Source: Octopus vulgaris (lineage: Eukaryota). Taken from it: a stretch of DNA of 64,000 bases. The stretch's first letter is position 1. The number at the start of each line of letters is the position of its first letter. Made by a program: the position numbers and the translations under genes. This document shows positions 27,512-40,900 of the stretch, piece by piece. The notes below the pieces were generated by a model that searched no databases, was not told where the DNA came from, and saw only the letters and a list, made by a program, of their open reading frames with translations. The stretch lies in the NCBI GenBank assembly GCA_951406725.2, contig OX597822.1, positions 102,920,001-102,984,000 on the forward strand, written 5' to 3'.

Positions 27512-28510
27512 AAGGGCTTCTTTCAGTTTCTGTCTACCAAATCCATTCATAAGGTTTTGGTCAGCCTGAGTCTATAATAGAAGACAATTGCCCAAAGGTG
27601 CCATGCAGTAGGGCTGAACCTGGAATGATTTCGTCCAGTGTGCTAACGGCCAGTTTACTACCTTATTATTAATAATAATAATAATAATAATAATTGACTT
27701 GAAGAAAATTGTAAATGAGCCCCACCTGCATGGTCATGTACTGTTTCTCTTATATGAGATCACCATGTCACACACACAGGGTTGTGATGCATGTGCCTGG
27801 TATACCCTTATCAGGTAGGTAGTCATGATGGGCTTCATATATTTGCACCCCAGTGTCACTTTGATGGCATGCATTGCTCTCTCACCCAATAATGATAATA
27901 ATAATAATAATAATCGACCTGAAAAAATTCTAAATGGGCCCCCATTTGCAAGGTCATGTACTATTTATCTTACATGAGATCACCATGTCGTGCACATATA
28001 TCATATTTTAATGTGCATAAGGAACCCTTTTTGTCAAAAATTAAGTTAAAAAAATATGGGAGTTTCTTATACATGTATAGTATTATATTCCCTTACTAAA
28101 TCTTTTTTCCAAATTTTAAGCCCCCAAAATTAGGGGGTTCCTAAAGACATGTTAAAATACAGTAGTTGTGATGTATGTAACTGGTGTACCCTTATCAGAC
28201 GTGTAGTCATGATGGGTACACTGAACTTTGTATATTTGTACACCAGTGTCACCTTGATGGCATGCGCTGCTCTCTCACTCAATAAGGATAATAATAATTC
28301 CTAACTTAGGGATAAGGCTAGAAATTTGTTGGGAGAGAACAGTCGTTAATATTGCCCTCAGTATTTGACTGGGTCTTTATTTTGTTGCTTCTGGAAGGAT
28401 TAAAGATAAAATTGACTTCTGTGGGATTAGAACTCAGAATGTGAAAATCCAGAACAGGTACTGCAAAGCATTTTGTCTGACATGCTAACAGTTCTGACAA
28501 TCTACCACTC

Positions 28511-28541
<31 letters not shown>

Positions 28542-28863
28542 CAAGACACCCATGCCAGTGACACGTAAAAAGCACCGTCCGAACGTGGCAGATGCCAGCG
28601 CCGCCTGGCTGGCGTCCGTGTCGGTGACATGTAAAAGCACCAACCGATCATGGCCGTTTGCCAGCCTGCTCTGGCCCCTGTGCCAGTGGCACGTAAAAAA
28701 CACCTACTACACTCACGGAGTGGTTGGCATTAGGAAGGGCATCCAGCTGTAGAAACATTGCCAAATCAGACTGGAACCTGGTGCAGCCTCCATGGCTTCC
28801 AGACCCTGGTCGAACCGTCCAACCCATGCTAGCATGGAAAATGGACGTTAAATGATGATGATG

Positions 28864-28910
<47 letters not shown>

Positions 28911-31900
28911 CCTTTCTACTAGAGGCACAAGGCCTCAAATTTATGGGGAGGGGACTAGCTGATTACATCAACCCCCAGTGTTTCACTGGCACTTAATTTA
29001 TCAACCCCAAAAGGATGAAAGGCAAAGTTGACCTCAGCGGAATTTGAACTTAGAACATAGCAATGGGCGAAATACTGCTAGGCATTTCGCCCAACGTGCA
29101 AACAATTCTGCCAACTTGCCACCTTAAAAAATTATAATAATGATGATGATGATGATAGCAATTTTTTACATGATGGTAGTACAGTGCCTATAATGGTATT
29201 GTACCATCATCATCATTATCACCATCCTCATCATCACCACCACCACCACTATACATGCATTCTCACGTGTGTGTGTGTGTGTGTATGTATGTAAGTATGT
29301 ATGTTTGCAATTATGTATGCAGGCACAGGTAAGTAGCTTGTAGTCTTAGCTGGTCATGCTTGGAACTCCAGCCAGGAAGTGTAATAATAGTTGTTTCTGA
29401 CAAGAGCTTATCGATGAGGTACCTGAGGACTCTACTCCCATGACTCTTCCAGGCAAAGAAGAGGGAAGGATGGACTGATGGACTGACCAGCTGTATATAA
29501 TGTTAATGCTTCATCAGTTTCTTTATATTTTGTTTCCATCGTTTTAGGATCTTCGAAAAGAAATAAAATCCGAAATTGGGGGACACTTTGAAGATGTTAT
29601 TATGGCCCTTATGGATCCTCCACGAGTCTATGATGCAAAGGAACTCAAGCGTGCAATGAAAGTAAGTTTCTCTATGCCATTACTGTTTACATTTCATACT
29701 TTTTGTTTTATTCTTTTCTTTTTTTCCCTGAATTCTTTCTTTCACTGGTACCAGATATAAAGTCTTGGTCTGGCTTGGGCTTTGCCATTAGAGAAATTTA
29801 TCTGATGAATCTATGTTCTTAACAAATAATGACTACTGTGGAGGCACATGGCCTAGTGGTTAGAGCAGCGGACTCGCGGTCGAGGGATCGCGGGTTCGAA
29901 TCTCAGACCGGGCGATGTATGTGTTTATGAGTGAAAACACCTAAGCTCAACACGGCTCCGGCAGAAGATAATGGCAAAACTTCTGCTGACTCTTTTGCCA
30001 CAACTTTCTCTCACTCTTTCCTCCTGCATCTTGCATCTCACCTGCGACGGACCGGCGTCCCATCCAGGTGGGGAACCTATACGCCAAGGAAACCGGGAAA
30101 CCGGCCCTTATGAGCCAGGCATGGCTTGAGAAGGAAAAAACAAAAAAATGACTTCTGTGGAGATAAAATGTAGAAAGATTCATTAAATTTTCTTATGACA
30201 TTTCTCTGTAGAATGTGTACAGGATATGCAAATGTAGGGTATTTTGTATAAATTTTGTAGTCATCTCATGCATATCCAATGTCTGTATTGTTAGCTTTTA
30301 TATATTAACCAATGGCTGTGTGGTTAAGAAGTTCACTTCTCAACCATGTGGTTTTAGGTTCAGTCCCACTGTGCAGCTCCTTGCACAAGTGTTTTCCACT
30401 ATAGCGCTATGTCAGCTAAAACATTGTGAGTGGATTTGGTAGATGAAAACTGAAAGCAGTCCATCGTGTGTGTGTGTGTGTGTATAAAACCATACCTGTA
30501 TAGAAACCTTATCAGAGCCTTCTACAGTGTGTGTGTGTTTGCAGTTCTTTGTTTTGACATCATGCAATAGTTATAAGTGAGAATCACTGCCTTACAAGCA
30601 GTGTCCTTCATGTCCAATTTTCCATGAAAACATATTCCAACTACGGCGGCGAGCTGGCAGAACCGTTAGCACGCCAGGCGAAATGCGTAGCCGTATTTCG
30701 TCTGCTATTATGTTCTGAGTTCAAATTCCACCGAGGTCGACTTTGCCTTTCATCCTTTCGAGGTCGATAAATTAAGTACCAGTTACGCACTGGGGGTCGA
30801 TGTAATCGACTTAATTCGTTTGTCCTCTCTATGTTTAGCCCCTTGTGGGTAATAAAGAAACAGAAAACATATTCCAACTATGGGGAAATACATGTTACCC
30901 TGTTTGGAAACAGATGAAGTTTGGCAATGAGACGAGCATCTTGCTATTGAAAATATGCTTCAATGAATTTCATCTGATCCATGCAAACTTGAAAAACTGG
31001 ACGTAAAAACGATGATGATGATACGTTAACTGATATATATGTGGCCTTTATTTGAGCCTTAGTAGTGGACTAATACTATGTAGAGTCTCTAAGTACAAGC
31101 TAAATAGTTTACCAATTTAATTAATATGTTCAGACTCTGTGTATCGGAGAAACAATTCTTCAATCTGGAAATTATTCTACTAAAACAAAACCATTATTTC
31201 AGGGACTTGGAACTGATGAAGATGCTCTGATAGAGATTCTTCTCACTAGAAATAATGATGAGATAGCAGAGATTAAGCAGCATTTCAAGAAACGTAAGTG
31301 TCCAATATATTATAATATCATTTTCTAAATTCTTATCATGGTTTATTTGTGAAGTTGAGAAGCAGAGTTAATCTACTTCCAATGAAAATTATCATGATTC
31401 TATTGAAATCTTATTCATTGTTTTATATATGTATATATGTATATTATAGTTGCCAGAGTGGCTATCTGGCCTCCATCCCGGTGGCGGGTAAAAGGCACCA
31501 TCTGAGCGTGATCATTACCAGCATTGCCTTACTGGCACCTGTGCCGGTGACATGTGTAAAAGATTCGAGTGAGGTTGTTGCCACTGCTGCTGGACTGGCT
31601 GCTGTGCAGGTGGCACATAAAAAGCACCATTTGAGCATGACCATTGCCAGTACCACCCAACTGGCCCCGTACCGGTGGCACATAAAAGCACCCACTACAC
31701 ACTCAGAGTGGTTGGCGTTAGGAAGGGCATCCAGCTGTAGAAACTCTGCCAGATCAGATTGGAGTCTGGTGCAGCCATCTGGTTCGTCAGACCTCGGTCA
31801 AATCGTCCAACCCATGCTAGCATGGAAAGCGGACGTTAAACGATGATGATGTATATTATATTTATTTTAAATAGTAATATTTTTTGAGAATGAAGAATAA

Positions 31901-34900
31901 GTAAAATAAATCTTTGTGGTTTAATAACATAAAAAGACTGTAAAAATGCAAAAGGAATTCTACTCAGAACCTATGAAATGATGATACCATATAGCATGGA
32001 AGTGTGTCAGTTGTGCACTGGGGTCAACATAATCAACTGGCCCTGTCCTCTGAAATTTCAGATCTTATGCCTGTAGTAGAAAGCATTTATTTCCCCTGAA
32101 TACATACAATTATGTGGTCTTGGAGACAAGTGAAATATTAACAACTATGAACGAAAACCATGTTGGAAAATTGATTCAGAATGCATTTAGATCTGTTTAA
32201 CCATTTCCTTACCATATTTCTGTTGAAATACACTGCCTTTGTTTCAAATGACTTTGAGACCTTTGGAAATATGCCGTGCGTGAGAAGACCTGGCAAGCCA
32301 AATGAAACCATAATCTCATGGCTGATGCCAGGGGCGTAACCAGCCCACTTATGCGTACCTTTTCCTTCTTTGGACGCTAAAACTCTGCTTGCGAAGACCT
32401 GTTGAGGCAAGTGAAATCAAATAAATCAATCAAAAGCAAAATCAAAATCAAATTCGATGACTGGCGTCCGTGCTGGCAGGGTGCAAAGAGCACCATACGA
32501 GCATGATCATTGACAGAGCGGCTAACCGGCTTCCGTGCCAGTGGCACTTAAAGGGCACCATTCGAGGGTAATCATTACCAGTGTCGCCTTACTGGCACTT
32601 GTGCCCGTGCTAGTAGGGTGCCAAGAGCACCATCCGAGTGTGATCGTTGCCAGAACAGCCAACTGGCTTCCATACCGGTGGCACGTAAAAGGGCACAATT
32701 TGAGCGTGATCGTTACCAACGTCACCTTACTGGCACCTGTGCTGGTGGCATTTGTAAAAGGATTCAAGCGAGGTCGTTGCCAGTACCGCCTGACTGGCCC
32801 CCCGTGCCGGTGGCATGTAAAAGCACCCACTACACTCTCGGAGTGGTTGGTGTTAGTAAGGGCATCCAGCTGTAGAAACTCTGCCAGATCAAGATAGGAG
32901 CCTGGTGCAGCCATCTGGTTCGCCAACCCTCAGTCATTCGTCCAACCCATGCTAGCATGGAAAGCGGACGTTAAACGATGATGATGATTATGAACTTTGT
33001 TGATATTAAGCTGGTGTTTGAAACAAATTAACATGAAGCTTTGAATCATTTTAAAACAAGTTTGTATCTTTGAACCAGGGTGATCTCAGACAGACTGGTT
33101 TCACAAGGGTTAACCAATAAAGATTCCCTTTTTAGGTATGAAATTTAGAAATTTGTTGCAGAGTCACATAGTTGATTGAATCAGCTCTCAGTGTATAAGA
33201 AGTATTTAAGTATTTTATAAACTCTGTAGAAATATAAAGCAAAGCCAACTCTGTTGGTATTTCAAGCCAGAAAGTATAGCCTCAAATTTAGACATTAATT
33301 CAGGCGTGCTATTGTTTTTGATAGTTTTACCAAAACAGTACCAATGATTGGTGCCACAAGTTTATTATATCAAAATACTTGAAATTGTAGACTGTTTATG
33401 TAAAGGAAGGGTGTTATTTAGAAAAAAAGCTACAGAAAGAAAACAGTGAAGTTGTCAATGTAGACCATAATATGTAATTAATTTTTACAAAATTTCATAA
33501 TTTCTTAAAATTCATTATTTGATTTCAACAATGGGATCTTTTCGGTTTGAACAGCAGTTTTTTCTAGCGGTGTCATATGAAATTGTCACCCATAATTATG
33601 ACCCTAGTATCGATCTATTGCATTTCAATCTGTTTTAGGGTTAAAGTTAGTTAGTGTTAGGGTTAGTTAGTGTGGGGGGAAGGGTATCTTTTTTTTCTTC
33701 AGAAATGTAAATAAACCCAATCTGTTTCTTAAATGAGGGGCATATTCACACGGCACAGAATGTTTTCACCTCCAATAGACGTCATTGATTGGTTGAAATT
33801 GCAGAAATTGAAGAAAAAACAACAACAAATATCTTACAAACTATAGAATTTTCTCAATAAAGCCAAGGGAAAAAGATGTTTTATAAACACATTCTACCAA
33901 TATACGAAGTTTAAAAGCGTTTAGTTACGTGGAAATTATTTTAAAAAACTGCCGTTCAAACCGAAAATGCTGTAACTGTTTTATGTCATTTTATATTTCA
34001 GTATTTGGTGATCAGTTGGAAGATGCCATTATTTCTGAGACCAGTGGTCATTTGAAACGCATTCTTGTTTCTCAGACTACTTGTGCCCGTAGCACTGACA
34101 TGAATGTCGATGCAGCTCTTGCTACCAAGGATGCTCAAGAGCTTTATGATGTAAGTAATTATCTTTTCACAAACTTGCTAGTTGCTACATAATTAATTTA
34201 TAACTCTCATTAGTAGATTGGTCAAACTGAATTTTCATTCTTATTAGAGCAAAAAATTATTTCTAAGATGTCCAGCTCAATAGCAGATGACAAGGACTTA
34301 GTTATTGTGGCTAGTAACTTTAATGGATAATTTAATCAACTGAGACCCCCTTTGGTCATGACTGACCGTGGGATTGCACATAGAAAGTTACCCTCCCAGG
34401 CACAAGTCCGGGCAAGGTTGTTTATGGAAGACCAGCAGTCGCCCATGCATACCGGCCTCCCCTCTCCATGCCACCAGTGTTATCCAAGGGAAAGGCAAAG
34501 GGGCCGATAGAGCTTGGTACTAGTGACGTTGCAACTCATTTCTACAGCTGAGTGAACTGGAGCAACGTGAAATAAAGTGTCTTGCTCAAGAACACAACAT
34601 GCAGTCCGGTCTGGGATTTGAACTCACAACCTCACGATTGTAAGCTTGACGCTCTAACCACTGAGCCATGTGCCTTCACAATTTAAACAATAGCATGATA
34701 ATTACTGAGTTACATAGTGGTTATAAATATGGTACAAAGAATGAAGAGGAATCAAGGTCATTGCTTGAAGTTCTCTGATGCAAATGACTCAGCCATTTAC
34801 AACTCTAACATTAGGAAATCAGCCATCTCCTTAGTACCAGTTGAACACACAAACCTGATGACTTTATACCTAGCTAGAAACAGGATAGACAATTGCCAGT

Positions 34901-37900
34901 GAACATTGGGTCTTTTCCTAGTAATCATCATTGTTTGACCGTGGTCGAGACAGTGGAATTTACTATGCTACCCCAGACTTCACGGTCCATCATAGCATTA
35001 CAGAGGTCCTGTTGCTGGATGCCTGTATCCCTGGAGATTACATCAGGATAGGAGAGTGTGCGCCCTCTGGTATCGCGAGCATATGGCTTCCAGAGGAGAA
35101 GAGTAGAAATCACCTCGTTTTCAGCTCTACAACAATGTCCAGCAAACTGGACTCTTCTACCTTTCACAAGAGATGATACAGGTGGTAATTTCCATATATT
35201 TGTACTTTGGTTGGATGGCGCTTCCACGAGAGATTTTGAGCTCTTATAAGGAGGCGAGTGTAAGTTCCATCCAACCGCCTCTCTTTCCTAGTAAAGATTA
35301 TGTAATCTGGCATAGACTAGGAAATAGTGATACCAGGGTGAGAGCTGGATGGTGTCGGAGATACCAGACAATCTGAAAAATGTAAGTATAGAAACTGAAA
35401 GGCTTCTCAGCCTACTATAGAAGTTCAAAGAAATGTTAGATAGTGTCTGTGATGAGAAGGAAAAGAAGGAAACAGAAAACTGGGAGTTTCTTTGAGACAG
35501 CCTGCTGTAAACTACAGATCAAATTTGTGGTTAGAGCAAGGTGATATGAAGGTGGAATGGTAGAGGGATCTTTTCGGTTTGAACAGCAGTTTTTTCTAGC
35601 AGTGTCATATGAAATTGTCACCCATAATTATGACCTTAGTATCGATCTATTGCATTTCAATCAGTTTTAGAGTTGGGGTTAGGAGTGGGGGAAGGGTATC
35701 TTTTTTCTTCAGAAATATAAATAGACCCAATCTGTTTCTTAAACAAGAGACATATTCATATGGCACAGAATGTTTTTCACCTCAATAGACGTCATTGATT
35801 GGTTGAAATTGCAGAAATTGAAGAAAAAAAAACCAACAAATATCTTACAAACTATAGAATTTTCTCAATAAAGCCAAGAGAAAAAGATGTTTATAAACAC
35901 ATTCTACCAGTATACGAAGTTTAAAAGTGTTTAGTTACATGGAAATTATTTTAAAAAACTGCCGTTCAAACCGAAAAGATCCTGGTTGAGTATATAGAAT
36001 CTTAAAACTTACAAGATAAGCTTGGAAGAAATGAGGGGTGAGGAACAGTATCAGATGAGAATCTAGATGTGAGATATATTTAGCAAAGAATGAGGCAGAA
36101 AATAAGATGTGTGCTGGCATTCTGTGATGAGAGGATCTAGATCAAGAAGTGATCTAGATAGCAAAGATATACATATTAGTACAAATGTCAGAACATATTA
36201 GGATGTTGTGAAAGTGGGGAGTGTATACAGGATGGCCACATATTTGTTCTCATTGAGGTTGAGAAGAAAGAGAGGCCACCTGCTATTAAAAGTGGCAACT
36301 ATAAGATTGAAGGAACCATTAAACTTGTGGATTATTAGATGTATATAGTCACTGAGAAGCTGAAAATATTCCACTGAAGTAGGACACATGCCAATCACTC
36401 CCATAGCATACAAGTGGTACCAGGAGGTGTGACAGCTGGTGTAGTAACGATATTGTCTACTACTAGAAGTACAAAGGAGATGCTCTTGAAAGAGGCAACT
36501 ATTGTGGCATCAAATTCTTGTTATGAAAGCAGCAGAAAATATTATAGCATATTTAATTAGGTACAGAATTAAGGTAGATGAGATGTCATTTGGGTTTGTG
36601 CCAAGGTAGAGTACAGCCAATACTCTGTGATGAAACAATTACAGAAGTTCTTAGTTATGAGAAATCAACTGTATCTAGCATTCATTAACTGGTAGAAGGT
36701 CCCCTTTGACAGAGTACCATGTTCTCTAGTGTTGGGCATAAGTGAATTGCTTGTGAGAACTGCACAAGCCATATAGTGAGGTGAGGTCATAAAAGTAAAA
36801 TTTAACAATGTGTTCAAGCATGACCTTCGAATGTTGGGTGGTCAAGCATGACCTTTGAACGTTGGGTGGTCAAGCCTGACCTTCGAACGTTGGGTGGTCA
36901 AGCATGACCTTCGAACGTTGGATGGTCAAGCCTGACCTTCGAACGTTGGGTGGTCAAGCATGACCTTTGAACGTTGGGTGGTCAAGCATGACCTTCGAAC
37001 GTTGGGTGGTCAAGCATGACCTTTGAACGTTGGGTGGTCAAGCCTGACCTTCAAACGTTGGGTGGTCAAGCATGACCTTTGAACGTTGGGTGGTCAAGCA
37101 TGACCTTCGAACATTGGGTCTCACAGAGGCAATGACCAAGACCTCTGGAGATATGCTGTGATTGCGAAGATCCGACAAATAATGTGAGTTCATGGCTGTT
37201 TCCTGCACCAGCTTCACAGAGCAGCCCCATTCCATCCAAAGTGCCTTGGATCATAGGGCGGCCTGCTGTGCTTGAGGAGACCTACTGAGTCAAATACGTC
37301 AGCATCAAAAATCAAATGGAAATTGCGGTTGCGATACCTGTGCCAGCGGCACGTAATATGTACCATCCATACATGGCCGATGCCAGCACCGTCTTGACTG
37401 GCTTCTGTGTTGGTGGCATGTAAAAAGCACCAACCGATTGTGGCCATTGCCAGCCTCCTCTGGCACCTGTGCCGGTGGCACGTAAAAAGTACCCACTACA
37501 CTCACGGAGTGGTTGGTGTTAGGAAGGGCATCCAGCTGTAGAAAAACTGCCAGATCAGACTGGAGCCTGCTGCTGCTTCCTGGCTTCCCAGACCCCCGGT
37601 CAAACTGTCCAACCCATGCTAGCATGGAAAACGGACGTTAAACGATGATGATGATGATGATGTGTTCAGTAAGCATTTAGTGTACATGTAGGTGGCCATC
37701 AGGGTTTGGTTCTCTTCCTCTTCCTGTTTATTGTAGTTCTCCAGGCCATAACAGAAGGATTCAAGATTGTCTGGAAAATCTTGTATGCTGACAGCCTAAT
37801 TTATATGGGTGAAGCAGTCAAAGAATTAAGGAAGCAGAGGCTTGAAGGAAAAAGTTTAAAAGTAAACCTAGCATGCTCAAAAGTTGAACTTGGTAGGAAA

Positions 37901-40900
37901 AGATACAAAATTCTGCTGCTATCAGAGAAGTAACCATATTTAATATCCTGGAAAAGTGTAGATAGGAACTCTATGCATTTTAAGCATTATACAGAAATAA
38001 ATATAAAGCTTTACTAAACACAACTAGGATCTTTTCGGTTTGAATGGCAGTTTTTAACATAATTGCTAGGTAATTAAAAAATTTTAAACTTTGTATACTG
38101 ATAGAATGTGTTTATAAAACATCTTTTTCTCTTGGCTTTATTGAGAAAATTCTATAATTTCTAAGATATTTGTTGTTTTTTTTCTTCAATTTCTGCAATT
38201 TCAACTAATCAATGACGTCTATTGAGGTGAAAGCATTCTGTGCCGTATGAATATGCCCCTCGTTTAAGAAACAGATTGGGTTTATTTACATTTGCAAAGA
38301 AAAAAAGATGCCCTTCCCCCACCCCTAACCCTAAAAGAGATTGAAATGCAATAGATAAATTCTAGGGTCATAATTATGGGTGACAATTTCATATGACACT
38401 GCTAGAAAAAACTGCTGTTCGAACCGAAAAGATCCCACAACTAAATCCTTGATCATTTATAAAATTAATTAAAGAACATAATTAGTGAATGATATTTGAA
38501 ATACAGTAATGAAAGTTTTTAACATCTATCATCTAAATGTAATCGCTTCTGTTAGAACTAAAGTGAGAGGTTATATGTAAGAACTATTGTTAATTAAAAA
38601 TATATTTACAAAAGTCAATATATTAATTTGTTTCTAAAGGCAGGAGAAGGTAAATTTGGAACTGACGAATCTGCATTTAACAAAGTATTGAGTATGCGCA
38701 GCAGGCCTCAGTTGATTGCTACTTTTGCTGCCTATGAAAAAATTGCCGACCGAGATATTATGGACAGCATCCAGCGAGAAACTTCTGGAGACTTGCAGAA
38801 AGCATACTTAACTATTGGTAAGATATTTGTGATTTGTGGTGTAAGTGTGTGCATATGGGGGAATATGTAAATGTCTGTGTGTGTGTGTGTGTGTGTGTGT
38901 TCTAGTTTGACCAACAAATTATTTTTCATTCTCCAAAGAGCTTGGAAAGAATATGTGATCATGTGTGTGTGTGTGTGTCTATAATGCTCTATGATGATAT
39001 GAAGAAGTGCCTCTGTCAACTGGTGCATATTTAGAGGAGGAGAGAAAGAAGGAGGCCCAAATGGCTGAGCTAAAAAAAAGTTTATATTGAAAATTCTTCC
39101 AAGTTTGTAGTAGGTCTGTTTCTGGAGAGCAGAAGTGGTAACCTGATATGTAGCAAGGATGAACTGGAGTTGCATTTAGCCAAACCTAGAGTGACAATCT
39201 TTGAGATACTCCTGTACCATTAATGTGTAGTGACGTCATATTCCAGTGTACGCACACGCAACGTCCTTCTTCAGTGTGTGTGTGTGGGGTTGGAACCTTC
39301 TGGAAAGGCATAAGGAAGTTCCCTCATGCACATGCGCTAGAGACTGAAGAAGAAATTCTATCGCGTTCCTTAATAGCGTCGTTGACTTGAGACACGGCGA
39401 TTGAAGAGAAAGGACGTATTTTTAAACGTGTGATCAGCCTATTCTCCTGTCCCAGACGCTTAGGATTTGACCTGTTCTATTGCTGCTGAATTGTAAGAAG
39501 CTTACAAACGTTAGAATTCAACCTTGCTGTGTTGAACTAAGTGGATACCAGTATACCATTGTGCTTCATTTGTGAATAAGAGAATAAAGAATCGTATATA
39601 TTTTTAAAGTTGCGTTTTGTTACCGACTGGTAGTTTCTAGAAACAAAAAGAAAGGAAATTGTGTTGCACCCAAGTTGCACTCCAAAAGTGTAAAGAAGCA
39701 ACCTGTTCCCTTTACAAATGCAAGGGATACCAAAACCAGCAGCACTAGGAGCAAGATTTAATGTTGGAGACTTTCAAATGAAAGAACTCTGGGGTTTTAT
39801 CAAAAAGACACAATCAAAGTGCATTCCAGGATAAGACAGCAAGCTTTACAAAGTTTATGAAAGGTGTTCTAGTTTGACCAACAAATTATTTTTCATTCTC
39901 CAAAGAGCATGGAAAGAATATGTGACCATGAACCATTGGGCAAGGGCAGAAGGTATCCATCTTCTCAGAGAGCAAAACTTATCAACTCGTAACTAATTCA
40001 GGCCAATTTCCTTTCTAAGATGGTGGGAAAATATTCCTTGTCATTTTTGCCAAATGAGTTATGAAATTTTTGGCAGATCCTGGCTATATAGATTGTTTGG
40101 TGCAGAAAGCTGGAGTCTTAAATGTATCAGGTTGTATAGATTATGTGGCTGTGACCTAAGATGTCATACAAACAGCAAAGATAGAGAAAAGCACCTTGGC
40201 ACTTGCGTTGCTTGATCTGTCAAATGTTTTTGGGTCAGTTTCACACACACTACTTGAGTTGTCACAGAACTTTTCAGGATCCTGCCAGAAATCCACAAAC
40301 TGGTGAAGGACTACTATAGCAAGTTCTGCATGAGATTTACCACAAAGGACTATACAATAACTTGGCAGATGCCTGAGGTGGAAATTACAGCTGGGTGTAC
40401 AATTTCAGTTATGTGGTTCATTCTTGGAATGAAAATTATCCTACAAGGTTTGTTCCTTCTCGAGCCATGCGTGGCTCATAAGGGCCGGTTTCCCGCTTTC
40501 CTTGGCGTATAGGTTCCCCACCTGAATGGGACACCAGCCTGTCACAGGTGAGCTGCAAGATGCAGGAGGAAAGAGTGAGAGAAAGTTGTGGCGAAAGAGT
40601 CAGCAGAAGTTCGCCATTACCTTCTGTCAGAGCCATGTGGAGCTTAGGTGTTTCGCTCATAAACACACACATCGCCCGGTCTGAGATTCGAACCCACGAT
40701 CCTTTGACTGTGTGTCCACTGCTCTAACCACTAGGCCATGTGCCTCCACTCAAGGCACATTGGCCTATGATAATGAAATGATAATCCACTTCCCTAAGAA
40801 AGCTTTCACAGATGATGTAGGATTTTTAGCTAGAGATGAGAATCCCGCACAGACTAGATGAGCTGATAATCTGGACAAGAATGTGTTATCATCATCATCA

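Larger units (their letters stand above)
36480..37960 (+). mobile_element. Old RTE-like RT relic into which the 36815-37661 element inserted
   Basis: Degenerate FGFVP, LYLAFI..FDRVP and LYADSL motifs on both sides of the insertion. Confidence 0.55.

Noticed and set aside
29840-29915. tRNA gene (also 57690-57760 on the minus strand)
   Set aside because: A/B boxes are present but the acceptor and anticodon stems are incomplete; the first continues into a SINE body with tail and TSD.
33634-33670. Interstitial telomeric TTAGGG repeats
   Set aside because: Short, degenerate and internal to the GGATC-TIR MITE in all three copies.
36815-37120. 28-bp repeats as a CRISPR array
   Set aside because: Units are directly adjacent with no spacers and derive from RTE ORF2.
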